Assembly (NCBI RefSeq): GCF_000143415.4
Contig: NW_003314284.1
Location: 310,001-374,000 of the forward strand
Direction of reading: 5' to 3'
Length of the DNA stretch: 64,000 nucleotides
Source: Selaginella moellendorffii
Taxonomy: Eukaryota > Plantae > Lycopodiophyta
In this document: piece by piece, positions 1 to 12,110 of the stretch
Position numbering within the stretch: position 1 is the stretch's first letter
Layout of the letters: each line of letters opens with the position of its first letter
Made by a program: the position numbers and the translations under genes
The notes under the pieces: generated by a model
What the model was told of the DNA's origin: nothing
The model's input: only the letters and a program-made list of their open reading frames with translations
Databases searched by the model: none

Positions 1-3000
1 TCGAGAGCAAGTTAACGGGGATCCAGCGCAATGGATGGAAGTTTGTAGCCATCTAGACAATGTCAGGTTAGTCTTTTGCCTCTTCGTGTTTGTACTCTAA
101 CTGAGACGAGTGTACTAGGAATGTGATTCGCGGAAGGAACACGAAGTTGGTTGTGGCGATCGTCCAGCCAACTCTTCACGGTATTTATATACATTTGTCC
201 CTCTTATAATGAATTTTTTCTTGCATATCCTTCTGTTCAGGTGAAATCAACGATGATCGAACGGCTGCTCTTCGAAAACGTGCAGAGCTTGACAACAAGT
301 GTTGTATGACGTTCATATCTCACGATCCGACTGAATTGAAACGATCTCTCGCGAGGTTCGTTTTTGTTTTTTTGTGCTGGTGAATATCGTTTTCTGTGTA
401 CGATGCAGGCTAGGGAGTATTCTGGGGGAGCTTGCAAATCTTTATTACAAAGAACAGTCGCGCCGTGTGAAAGCTCGTCTTGACAAAAAGAACTGGACTG
501 CGACCGAGATTGCTGTTCGTTTCAATTTTAAGGTATTGCCAGCATTTCAAAGCTTTGAACTTCTGATTACTCCGCTGTGATGCAGATGGGTTACTACGCG
601 GAGTTTCGCAGAGATTGGGTGACTGCCCTCAGGTTTTATGAAACGGCGTACACTCTTCTGCTGGAGGTGCTTCTCTTCTANNNNNNNNNNNNNNNNNNNN
701 NNNNNNNNNNNNNNNNNNNNNNNNNNNNNNNNNNNNNNNNNNNNNNNNNNNNNNNNNNNNNNNNNNNNNNNNNNNNNNNNAGGTATTTCATGTTTTCTCG
801 TTCATCGTGGTCTGAAAAAAAGTGAACGTTGCAGATAGCTGCTTCGTATATGGCTGGACGAAGACGAACCTTTGAGAGAGCGTTTGCAACTTTCGAGTCG
901 TTTGATAATCCAGATGCAGTGGACGTTCTAGCTGGTCCTCCAGAAGAAGTTGGTCCGCCCCTCTACGTCGGACAAGGTCCTCGTGTTCTAAGCAGAATGT
1001 CAGAAGAACAGAGGTAACTATTCGCGTCGCTCTTGTTTCAGGCTCTTACATATGCCATTGCAGTGCTACACCCGACGAATACATGAGACATGCGATGCTG
1101 ACGGAAAGACAATTTCCTCATTCGCGAGCTGCAATAAATTTGTTGACTAAGGCTCACGAACAGTACAAAGCCACGCAAGCGACCCGGATGATTTACTATC
1201 TTGGAACGCAAATGGGCCGCGAATACTTTCATGCGGGCGAACATGAGAATGCAAAACGGCTATTCGACACCGTCGCCGAAATGTACAGAAAGGAGGCATG
1301 GGTTGAGCTTCTCGCCGCGAGCCTGGAATATCTGCGTGAAACGGCTAAACATCTCGGACTCTCTAAAGAGTTTCTGGAGTACAGTTTAGAGCTGGCGGCA
1401 TTGCCGGAGGAAAGCTGGTCAGAGGTGGCGAGAAGAAGTACTGCACTGACAGACGTCATTGCGGCTATTACAGGGACTGATGCACTGCCAGATGGTGAAG
1501 CTCCAATTGCTTTGGAGATCGACCTCGTCAGTCCTCTCAGGGGAGTTTTATCAGTTTGCGTTGCCTTCCACGAGCAGGCGGTGAAACCGGGTATGTCAAC
1601 ACGCTTGACAGTTTCCCTGCTCACTCATTTACCGCATCCGTTGGAACTTGATGACTTGGAGATACACTTCAACCAGAATGCTTGTAACCTTGCTCTCAAG
1701 CATTCTCTGGACCAGGGCCACGATCTGAAACTTATGCCGCATCAGTGGAAACGACTGGAAGTTGATATAATTGCAGGTACAATATCTCTTTCGAAAAATT
1801 ATCGGTTGTGATGTTTTTGTGCTTGTTGCAGTAAAAAGCGGGAAACTAGAGTGTCTGTTCGCTGTTGCACGACTAGGACGCAACACCACCGTTCGCTGTC
1901 AAGTGGAGAGCCCGGCTTCTAGAGAACCTGATCCGTTTTGGCAGTTTGAGCCAGCGCTCGAGAGTTACCCCGTGAAGGATAAGAACTTGGCTTTTCTAGG
2001 ACAGAAGGTTGTACAGGTGGAAGAGGTGGAACCCAAGGTTGATATAGAAATCGACTCAGGAGGCACAGGCTTACTCGGGGAAACGGTTTTAGTTAGAATA
2101 CACATCAGGTCCAGGGGGCATGCTATCGACGCCGGAGAATTGCAAGTGTCCGTGACTGAGGTCGCTTCCAACGATGCCTTTTCGCCGAAAACACCTTCCA
2201 CAGGCTCCTCTGCTGCGTGTGCTAAGATATTCGTACCAGCTCGATTGAAAGATGGAAGTGGTGAGACGCTTCTATGGGAGTTTCAGGGGTCCATGAAGAT
2301 ACCTTACGTCGAAGCAGATGGAAGCTGGTCGACCTCCACGTACTTACGGTTTACAGAAGCGAAACCAGTCTCCTTTTTTGTTACATTGGGATACCAGATA
2401 CAGTTTGGAACCAACGACGACACTCATAAGCTGTGGAGTCATAAACACGTCGACTTACAATGCGAGGAGGCTCTGAGAATCAACTGTAGGTACATGGTTC
2501 CGTTTCAGAGAGACGCGTTTCTTCCAGGCAGCGTCGAGAGATCTGCTGGAACCGTCCTACCTTTTGATGAAAGCAGCACAATGGTCCTCACCGCAAGAAA
2601 CATCTGCTCCGTGCCACTTCTCATCTCTCCAGTCCAGGTCGAGGAGAAGAATGCCAGAACGTGTCAAGTAAGACGAATGGAAGGGAGCCGTCTCAGGAAC
2701 AGCGCTATCAGTCAGTCAAGCGAGGGTACCAAGCTCTTACCCGGCGAGGTCTTCAATCAGATTTTATCTATACGACCTCTGGCTGTATCATCATCTCTCG
2801 ACATTGGCACCGTGGCTCTGAGGTGGGAAAGAGAACAGCAGCGACAGGAACCCGAGGTGGTGGAGGTTTCCGGCATAGACGAGATTATGGCTTCACCTTC
2901 GAGCACAGATGCTACGGGCATTCTCCAGAGCTCTGTGACCACACGGTTAGCACTGCCGGTCATCGCCGTCGAGAAGGCTCCCGTAGTAGTGTCGCTGCAG

Positions 3001-3068
3001 TATCCACCGTATGGCCTCCTCGGCACTCCTTTCACGCTGTCGTTTCGCATCCAGAACCGGACGAACAC
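1..3068 (+). CDS. TRAPPC11: Trafficking protein particle complex subunit 11-like (Foie gras/Gryzun family). Multi-exon; starts before the window and the 3' end lies in the N-gap.
   Basis: Spliced peptides FNFK/MGYYAEFRRDWVTALRFYETAY, QMGREYF..AKRLFDTVAEMYRKEAWVELL and LEIDLVSPLRGVLSVCVAFHEQ match plant TRAPPC11 as recalled; short GT-AG introns. Confidence 0.85.
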
Positions 3069-3451
3069 NNNNNNNNNNNNNNNNNNNNNNNNNNNNNNNN
3101 NNNNNNNNNNNNNNNNNNNNNNNNNNNNNNNNNNNNNNNNNNNNNNNNNNNNNNNNNNNNNNNNNNNNNNNNNNNNNNNNNNNNNNNNNNNNNNNNNNNN
3201 NNNNNNNNNNNNNNNNNNNNNNNNNNNNNNNNNNNNNNNNNNNNNNNNNNNNNNNNNNNNNNNNNNNNNNNNNNNNNNNNNNNNNNNNNNNNNNNNNNNN
3301 NNNNNNNNNNNNNNNNNNNNNNNNNNNNNNNNNNNNNNNNNNNNNNNNNNNNNNNNNNNNNNNNNNNNNNNNNNNNNNNNNNNNNNNNNNNNNNNNNNNN
3401 NNNNNNNNNNNNNNNNNNNNAAACACTGATTTTTGCGTCCAGGGAATTGGC

Positions 3452-4354
3452 CTAGATATGGTCTCTCTGTGCTATGAGCTGCGCAAGCTGGAGCTGCAAG
3501 GTGATAAACATATCGTGACTCTTGGCTTCCATCTCGATCCGCCTGTTCTCCGCCTGGGCTCGCATCAACAGCAGCTGCCTCTGCGACTCCAGCTTGGACC
3601 TCTCGATCCTCACCACTGACTCCCCAAGCGAAGCAACCAGAGCTACGAGAGCGTCCTTGGCCAGCCAAGAGCTTCCACATCGCCTCATCGAGCCGCCGCC
3701 ACACCTCGTCTTCTTCCTCCTGTTCGCCAGCGCCCGTGGCTTCCTCTTCAAACCAGCATCGAAGTTGGAGAGCTCTTCCTCCACCTCTTCCTCTTCGTCC
3801 TCCTCTTCTCCTTCTGCGTCTTCGTCCTCCTCTTCAAACTCGTTGTGATTCCCATCACCACCACCACCCCGATGGCTCTCGTTTCCACCATCTTCGTCAA
3901 ACTCGTCGCCATTCACCTCGGTGTTTGTATCGTCCAAGGAGGAGAAATGGTGGTGCCTGGCGGATCCAAAGTCGCCGTTATACGCAGCAGCGGTGGCAGT
4001 GGCAGTGGCGGCGGCGGCAGCTCCTTCCTGGGCTATCAATCCCCTGGCAGCGCTCGCAAACATGGCGTCCATTCGAGCAAAGTAAGGCCACTTTGAGGAG
4101 GAGGAGGAGGAGGAGCCCTTGTGCATCTTCTCCTTGAACTTCTTCTTGAGGTCCTCCACCTTGTTCTTGCACTGGAGCGGAGATTTTGGCAGGCAGCGCA
4201 AGCCCCCGGCCGCCGCAAAAGTGGTGGCTACCTCCTCCCAGTGCCTGGCTTTGAGGTTGCCCCACTCTACTTGCCTCCATTTGTCCTCGTAGATGCTGAG
4301 GAGCGTCCACACCGCCTGCTCGCTCCATACCTTGCCTCCTCCATTCTGACTCAT
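3452..4354 (-). CDS. Trihelix (Myb/SANT-like, SIP1/ASIL-type) transcription factor, single exon
   Basis: WSEQAVWTLLSIYEDKW..GNLKARHWEEVA..KSPLQCKNKVEDLKKKFK..WPYFARMD, followed by an acidic linker and a C-terminal coiled coil (LGESVVRIERSKLE). Confidence 0.9.
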   Translation of the reverse strand: MSQNGGGKVWSEQAVWTLLSIYEDKWRQVEWGNLKARHWEEVATTFAAAGGLRCLPKSPLQCKNKVEDLKKKFKEKMHKGSSSSSSSKWPYFARMDAMFASAARGLIAQEGAAAAATATATAAAYNGDFGSARHHHFSSLDDTNTEVNGDEFDEDGGNESHRGGGGDGNHNEFEEEDEDAEGEEEDEEEEVEEELSNFDAGLKRKPRALANRRKKTRCGGGSMRRCGSSWLAKDALVALVASLGESVVRIERSKLESQRQLLLMRAQAENRRIEMEAKSHDMFITLQLQLAQLIAQRDHI

Positions 4355-4599
4355 CTCATCACCGCCCTAATGCAGCGTTTTCTAAACTTCAAAGCGACAT
4401 GAGAGCATGCCTTCTTTTGAAGAAGTCCCCTCTCCCCAAGCAAAAAAACATTACCTGGTAGATGATATACTGTAAGGATTTTGGAAATAAGTCAATTTTT
4501 CTGCGTTATAAAATTTACAATAAGTAGAACTCAAGAAGTATTTGAGCAAGAAAAACGCTTGGCCGAAGGAGATTATGTCTAATTCTTTTCATACTTGTA

Positions 4600-5075
4600 A
4601 ATTGCTTTGTGAAGGATCTGGATTGGAATCTCAATTGGGGACAAATGGGCAAAGTTGCATCCCAATGACGCTCATCAAGAAGCTGTTTGGCATTCGACTT
4701 TGAAGCAGGTCTGTGCCATTTCCATGTCTGTGGTGTAGTAGAAAACTACACAACTACTGTATTTGCTGACATGTATTGGGATCTCTACATCCACTACTAA
4801 GCTCCACCACTTTGCCATCGTTACTAATATTGCTCAAGTTGTAGAATTGAATTCCACCTGAATGGTGAATATCTGCAATCACTTGCTCTTCATCCTTGAA
4901 TTCAACTTCATGCAGCGTGACATGCCACTCATTGGCATTTGCCCATATCTGCCATCTCCATGTTTTAGAACCAAGCATGGACTCCTCTTTAGATTGTATG
5001 TGTTGTACGTATTGAAGTCCTTCACAATCAAGATGCAAATCCTGCAGCTCTAACAACTTGGATCCACAAACAGTT
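4600..5075 (-). pseudogene. Degenerate F-box gene fragment, paralog of 17505-18749
   Basis: Encodes SKTWRWQIWANANEWHVTLHEVEFKDEEQVIADIHHSGGIQFYNL. 4620-4700 matches 17577-17660 in DNA. Has frameshifts and an internal deletion. Confidence 0.85.
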
Positions 5076-5502
5076 TCACTTGGAGCTGCAACCACATCCT
5101 CGAATGGTTCAGTCGGATAAAACGAATAAATCCCAAGTGGCAACCATTTGGAACGTTGATGAAATTTCACCAGTCTCCAACTGTGAAGCCTGCAACATCT
5201 TGTGTGGAGTGACCCCGGGATAGTAAACAAAAACTGCCTCGTCTTTGTTCGTTTTTCTCGCTTGTTCTATCCCCTCAAGAGCAAGAGAGTGGAACAAAAC
5301 TTATGTGTTCCATGCAGAGATTGATTTTTCTTCTTCCAGGGCAACTGCAACTGCGTCTATTTCAAGCTTGTTTCAGTCTTACACAAGATGAATGGATTGC
5401 CGCCAATGGTGGCTGTGATCCAGCCCGGCGTAATTTCCTCATCACGCTAGTCTTCAGGCTTGCATACCCATTTTAGAGGAAGAAAAAGTCTTTCTCCGGG
5501 CT

Positions 5503-6299
5503 TCATGCTACAGTGCCATCTCTGCGTCGTTTTGGTTTGTTGGCCGGTCTGGCAGCTTTTGGCAGGAACGAGCGTTCTTTGGAGATTTGCTGAGGCGTGG
5601 AGCTTGAAGAAGGATTTGCCGCCTCTGCTCCGTTAGCCTCCTCCTGTTCCTCCCGCTCTACATGCAGCAGCAAAACTAAGGAAAGCTCAAGACATATCAA
5701 TTAATCTTACCTCTCTTCGCTTTTAGAGCTGCTGCCTTGATTTGCCGCCTTAGAGCTGCTGCCTTAACTGCTGCCTTGGCCTCCTGCAGAGCTTCTATCT
5801 TGGCATCCTCCTCTTCCAGCCGCTCTACATGCAGCAGCAAACTAAGAAAAGCTCAAAACATATCAATTGATCTCACTTATCTTCTCGTCCTCGTACAACT
5901 TGTGCACCATCAAGGCGCCAATGAGTGTTTCGCTGTACTCCATGATCAACTCGTCTGTGGCGCCCTTGGGAACTGACATGGACGGATATTTCCCCCACGC
6001 GGCCCACTCCTGCTTCCACTCACGATACAAATCCCGATACTCTTCGTCGAAGGCACTCTCGAGCGGAAGGGTGGCAGCGGACATAGTGAAGCGCACCTGT
6101 TCAAAAGATTTTAGATCCAAGCGTTTCTCACAAATATGCCTACCCACTCTACATCCCGCTCCGCCCGACTCCGAGCCTCCATCGTAGCTCTTGTCCAGCG
6201 TACCATGTCAACAGCCTTAGGGCACCAAACTCTCCATCCTTCAATTATGCCTTTATACCAGGAAAGGTTATGTGTTAACCTTTGGACTTCGAGCTCCAT
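5503..6299 (-). CDS. Orphan charged/coiled-coil protein, 4 predicted exons
   Basis: Canonical introns 6143-6097, 5876-5825 and 5710-5658 join a continuous frame (MELEVQ..VEW|VRFT..EKI|KRLEEE..AKR|EREEQ..TVA*). No recognised domain; start codon uncertain. Confidence 0.5.
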
Positions 6300-6480
6300 T
6301 ATCTCGGCTCGGACTCCCGCACATGTCAAGAATCGCTGTGCCCACCAAGACGTTGCTGGAATCGATTGCATGCAAGCTCTCCAGCTTGGCGCATGCCCTT
6401 TCTGGGCATATGCAATGATCAGGAGATACAAAAGAGACATTGTTCCTCTGCGGAATCTGATCAAAGGCTCAGGTGACCCA
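6300..6480 (-). pseudogene. PLS-class PPR gene fragment
   Basis: Frameshifted pieces FDQIPQRNNVSF / LLIIAYAQKGH / SNVLVGTAILDMCGS are typical PLS PPR motif parts. Confidence 0.65.
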
Positions 6481-6540
6481 TGAGGTCAGCAATAGTCAAC
6501 ACCGGTCAAAATGCGTGGAATGCTCACTCAACTAAAGATT

Positions 6541-6600
6541 TGGAGATGCCGGGTGCCTCTCGCATGCTAAGCGAGTGCTCTACCATCTGAGCTACTCCCC
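6541..6600 (-). tRNA. tRNA-Ala(AGC) pseudogene lacking the T-arm loop
   Basis: Minus strand GGGGAGTAGCTCAGATGGTAGAGCACTCGCTTAGCATGCGAGAGGCACCCGGCATCTCCA. D-arm, AGC anticodon arm and acceptor ends of plant tRNA-Ala are present, but it is only 60 nt and has no B-box. Confidence 0.85.
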
Positions 6601-6841
6601 TCAACACAAAAGATCCAACGCAGGCTTGATCATCGATTCTTTTCATTCACGGGATTGTGTTCGACAGAAACTTACTCCGGGAATTTCCTGTGCGATGAGA
6701 GCCTTCGCGAAACATCTAGTTCAATACACTGGTATTGAGCTTGCGAGCTTTCGGATTTAAAAGCGGTTTACTCAAGAATCACACATAATCGTCGTCTCTG
6801 TCTCTTTCCTACAAAACTTTTTTCTCCCTCTCGGCCACTTC

Positions 6842-9800
6842 TTACTTGCTAGACACCGCATCTTGCACCGCACATTTTTCCCGATCAGACAGCTCCTGTG
6901 GAGAAAAGCAGATTTGTAACAACACGTTGATTTACAAAGGTCTCACCTTGAAGAATTCACTGAATGCAAGCGGAGCTTCTTGTGAGAATCTCTTCATGAA
7001 GTCCACCAAGTAAGCTTGGAGATTGATCTGCAATGTGGCCGACCGGCGTCGCCAGAAACACGTTTTGCATATCACGTAATTATCGTAACGCTTACCTGAT
7101 TGATTGGATCAACTTCATCGCTTGGTTCGTCCCCATCACTCTGTAAAACGAAACGAATATCAATGCCACAGCTTTTTCTCCAGGGATTAGCTCTTACCAC
7201 GTCGCCATTCAACACGTCTTCGTACAGATCAGCAGGCTCGAAAACAGACCGTAGCGATTTATTGGCTGGCACTACATCTTCCACATCATTCCCGTCCGGG
7301 TTGCTAAGCTCTTCCCACTCATCATCCTGAGAGAAGCTGAATACTTTGGAATTCGAACATTTAGATTTACCTCATCCACGAAATTGCTGGCTGCCTCTTG
7401 TCCTTCGACTAGACCACGAGCCAGGAGGGAGAAAATCTGAAGTCAGGTTTGTCACCGTTAAAGCCATTCATAACCGATCAAACCTTTTGAAGTGCGGAAA
7501 CTCTCGTAAACTGGTCAGGTTGCAATTTGGATTTCGACCTTGTCTTGATTCCACCAGTAGCCTGTAAACACAATAATAAGAAAAGCAGTATTTTATGCTG
7601 TGACATACCTCCAGCAAGCGTCCTTCGACTTGAACTTGTGAAAGTAGAGGGTGTCCAGTGGCTAAAAGACTTGCCAGAGCTGTTGTACTCACTTTGATCT
7701 GGTACGAACCTTGAACTTCGTCTAAAAGTTCACTTTAGCATGCAGATACAACAGAACAATCTTTACCGTGGCATTTGGTCCATTCCGCCATTACACATGT
7801 GAGAGAATCTCCATAACCTTTCGAAGGAATACTCCTCAACAGCTCGATAAATTGCCCATAGTTAGGTGCGCTCATGTGTACCTGTTTGGGAATATAAAGG
7901 CTGCTACATAACCTTGACCAAGAACGTACCAGCTTGGCGAATACAAAGATCAGGGAGCCTTTGAGTGCCACACTTTCCAAACGTACCACTAATGCCGTCA
8001 CGAGATCTCTGAGGTGGGGAGCCATACGCAAAGAAAACTTTTCAATAAGCTGTACGATAAAAGTGCCAGAATAAAGAGATCCGGAGCTATTTGTTTGCGG
8101 GTTCAACAATCTGTAAGAGATTTCTTTAGTATACAAAAGTTTTGTCGGGTATTATTACCTCCCAGCAGCCGCCAGAAGCATCTTCATTGTAGAATCAGCG
8201 TCAGTGGCCCAAGCAAGCAAGTTCTCTCCTGCGCTTTTGACAAAGCCAGCTAGACACTCAGTTGCATTCTGTCGAGAAAGCAAGACATCAGGAAACCGCT
8301 GTCTGTTAACGAAAAGCTACCTGTAGCTCGCTATCGTCATTCGTCTGCAAAACTATATCGATAATGGAGGTAAAGAGTGCATGATGCGCGTGCTTCAAGA
8401 TGCTGAGAGGCGCGTTCTGAATGCATTATCATATTAAAGAACAAACAAACGAAACAAGTAAAACGCAAGGAGAACGAACGAACCTTGACAAGCATGGTGA
8501 GAAGATCTAAAGCTCCCGCTACTTGTCCTTCCTGCTGACTTCGTGGCTACACTTTGAAAACAAACAGTTACGTAGACCGCCTCAAGAATACCACTTCAAA
8601 TACCTGACACAAAACGCCAGTAATAGCAGGAAGCACCCGCGCTGCAAGAGGCTCCATACAGCCAGGGGCATTTTTAACAGCCTGCATAAGCTCTCAGTCT
8701 TTTTCATGTTAATCAGATTTACCTCTATAGCACTTAGTGCGTCTATGCTGATTAAGGGATCCCTGATATATGTCGCCCATACGTGCAGTAAAATGGGAGA
8801 TAACATTGCCTCTGCTTCAGGCATGTGATCCTTGTCTGAGAAAGATCAAGGGTAGTCATGTGAAAGAAGTCAGTAAATAGGCCACTTACCAGCTTTTATT
8901 GCGGATTGCAACGCATCCAAAACAATATGCATAGTTTCTTCAGACCCCTGAGAAATAGTTTTTAGCATGATAAAGAAAAAGAATAGCATAAGAGCAAACC
9001 TGCTGCAAGAGTGTCGCCAGTGCTGTATAGAGTGATCTTATATAAGGCTGTGAGCTTCGAGACTCAACTTTTGGCAACAAGGTGGAAACTGCTTGGCATG
9101 AAGCCACCATGATTGGAATATACCTGCGACAAACAAAAGGTTACAGAATAGACTATCGAAACAGGACTTACGAAGTATCAGACAGTCCTTCTATTGCAGT
9201 AAGAAAGAACTTCTCTTGTTTGTCCTTGCTAATCTGTAGAGGCGATCTTGATCAAACTATAAGAAACAAAGAATGAAACGTTCTACTTACGCAGGAAGAG
9301 AATTTTGCAACGGCCCATAGAGCACGGCCATATAAAAAGGGACACAATTTCATTCCTGAAAAATAACTTGTTCAGAAGAAAAACTGGTAGGCCTTACCTT
9401 GTGATAGGTCGTCAACTAAAATGCGGTTAAAAAGAACGTCAATGCTGAATCCGGGCAGCTCATCGTCAGCCTAAAGAAGCATTGTAATAACATTTAGAAT
9501 TATGAATGAAAATACCTCTACACAAGATCCCAAAGTTAATAATGCCGCCTCGCGCACCTGCAGCATACAGATGCACAAACTGTTAGAAACATCCAATCAT
9601 GATATACTTGCCTTCCACCAGCCAGTTTCACCCTGAGATTTCGCTCTGTCTGCATCTTCCATTCTTCTACTGACAGCTTCCAGAATAGCTAGTGTGCCTT
9701 CGTCCTCGTAGACACCAACAAACTCCTGGAGAAGCAAGACCCCTGAAATGAACTCACGAAAATCAAAACACACCTGTTTAGCTCTTTTACCTGACGTTCT

Positions 9801-11528
9801 GCAGCTACAGGATAAAGTATCTTCCTCGGCCAGGAACTCACTCGCGTCTCCAGACCAAGTCTGGACCTGGAAGGCATCGGTTAGAAACTTGGAGCACGAA
9901 AAAACATGATACAACTTGTTCTTCAGTCATCTGCATGTACCCTATCGTGAAGTACGCCAGATCTTTGATGCTCTTGCGGATAACCTTCATCAATGAACAA
10001 TAACGGGGTTGTCTCAACACGTAAGCTTTGGATTTACCTCACAGTATCGTGAATGGCCAACTAGACATAGTAGAAACTCGAGCAACTGCAAGAGAGGCAA
10101 AGAATGAAGATAAATTCCAGTTCCCGGCCTCTTACCTGATTTGCGTACGACTCTAAACTTTCTTCAGAGCTTTTGGGATCAGCCAAGTCTACTTCGTCGC
10201 CGTTGACAGCAGCCTCCACGTAAACTTGCAGGTCTGTGACGAATGTATGCCAGAGTGGGGAAAGAACAACTAAAGAGAATTGGAGATGAGACCGTCAGCA
10301 TTTGTGAAGCACTTCTATTTACTTGTGAAGTCGTTGAATGCGAGTTTCGAAAAGTTCATCACAATTTGTTGCAAAGCTTTGATAGCCTGTAAGATTCATT
10401 AAATCTTCAGTCTCAATCAACATGAAAAAAAGGAACTGATACCTCCATTTTGAGCAGCCAACTATCCGGCTCTTTCGGCCGGATTGTTTGAAGAAGTACT
10501 GCCGCAAATTGTTCCAACCATCCCTTAAGCATAGGTTTCATCAGCGCCTTCGTTTCTGACTGCAGAAATAATCAGCATCAAAAGTAGCCAGAAATGAGAA
10601 ACACATAACTTGATAAGCACCACTCATAACCCCCAGGGTGGCGATGCAGCTATGCAACACATTCAGTGCTTCCTTTCGAGTCGACGCAGCGTAAACCTTG
10701 CAGGGAAACCGAATTATTTCATAACAAAGGCTTCCTTTCGAAAAAAGTTTATCGAAACAAACTTACGGAAGATGTTGAGATAATGTCATACAAAGCCGGG
10801 AAAAGCACAGGCACCAGGTGTGGGAGTTGTCTATCGTCCATCTCGTCAGCAAAAAGGTAGAGGCATCGCATTCCTCCATTCACTGCATCATCCAGAAGTA
10901 GGAAAAACCATCGTCTCAGTACATGTTACCTTTGTTAACGTCGGAGCGATCGTTTATGCACGCAAGGATGAGCATCATAAGCTCCGGCCATTCCTCTGGC
11001 CAGTCGGAAATGGCAATGCATGCAATTACCATACCCACAGCGGTTTGTATCTTCTTCTCTGGATCACCCAAACCAAGGGGCAACAGCTTTCGAATCATTT
11101 CCTGGGAAAAACACGAACCATCCTTCACAAAAAGCCGCGACAAAGCAATAGAACTTACCTTGTCTTGAGGAAAGACAGTGAAGTCATCGCCAATCCAATG
11201 CTTCTTCACGTAATGCTTCAAAAGAACCGCAGCTAGGTGAAATCCGTTAAAGGAAGCGCTGCGAGGAAAAGAGAAGAAACTAAACTTTCCAAGGATATCT
11301 GACGCACTCCCAGCGAGAAATCGTTGTTCAGTGTGATTCTGGCGAGAGCAATGCCATATCCTGCCAGGAGAATCCAAATTTACTCCAATGACCATGTGAG
11401 AGGGGAGAAAAACCTGTCTTTCTTGATGCCTCCGTAAGAGCGCCTTCCGCTTGATTCCTAGCTCCCAGATTGGGATCCAGCGTCGCATTCAAGCAGCTGA
11501 CCAGCCAGAGATCATCCGCCGCTGCCAT
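6842..11528 (-). CDS. IPO9: Importin-9 (karyopherin-beta family), many exons
   Basis: MAAADDLWLVSCLNATLDPN..RNQAE, LAAVLLKHYVKKHW (IBN_N), IQTAVGMVIACIAISDWPEEWPEL, acidic C-terminal loop and DPINQ. Last exon ELSDREKCAVQDAVSSK* with stop at 6842-6844. An alternative ATG lies at 11540. Confidence 0.88.
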
Positions 11529-11605
11529 TTCGCTGCGCATTCACATTCCCCAATGAGAGAATGATCGAGCCCGGCCAAAACCCTTTACAAAAACCCTAGC
11601 AAATG

Positions 11606-12110
11606 CTAGTTAATATCGACCTTTTCTTCTATGTAAGAAACTTTTGCAATCCAATGCCTTGGATCGAGAGACCACTTCCATGACAAACGAGCCCAGCTTT
11701 TGCGCAGCGTCTTTCGTGGGAGCCTGGATTCATCCATGTTTTTAAGATTTATTTCACTCACCTCGATGTTCAGTCGTGCCTCAGTAAGAACCATCCTCCA
11801 TATCCCGAAACTCTCACCTGGATCATCCAACAGTGAATGAGACTTGGAAGAGAAAAGAACGAGAAAGTGAAAAACTCACCCCTTCGTAGTTCTTGGGGGC
11901 TTTGGTGAGATTACTATCCGAAGACAATGACTCCTCCAGGTGACACAGAACTTCCTCTCCATACTCTCGAAATGTTCTGCACAGAAAGAGAGAGGAACAA
12001 TCACAGAAAAGTGGAAATCAAAAGACTCACTTGGAGCCAACGTCTTGATGGCTCTCGTAGATTTTTAGCCGGATCTCCGTTGCAAATCCTGCCCCTTCGA
12101 GACTTTGGAT
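11606..12110 (-). pseudogene. Truncated, deletion-bearing copy of the 3' exons of the phosphohexomutase gene
   Basis: Colinear high DNA identity to ~19990-20540, with deletions (e.g. SLHDPVL lost). Ends abruptly at AT-rich TE DNA. Confidence 0.9.

Noticed and set aside
2661-3704. ORFs spanning 3069-3420
   Set aside because: They are open only because they cross an N-gap.
3452-4354. Trihelix ORF as the DNA-binding ORF of a Harbinger element
   Set aside because: No adjacent transposase, TIR or TSD, and it has the normal host trihelix coiled-coil tail.
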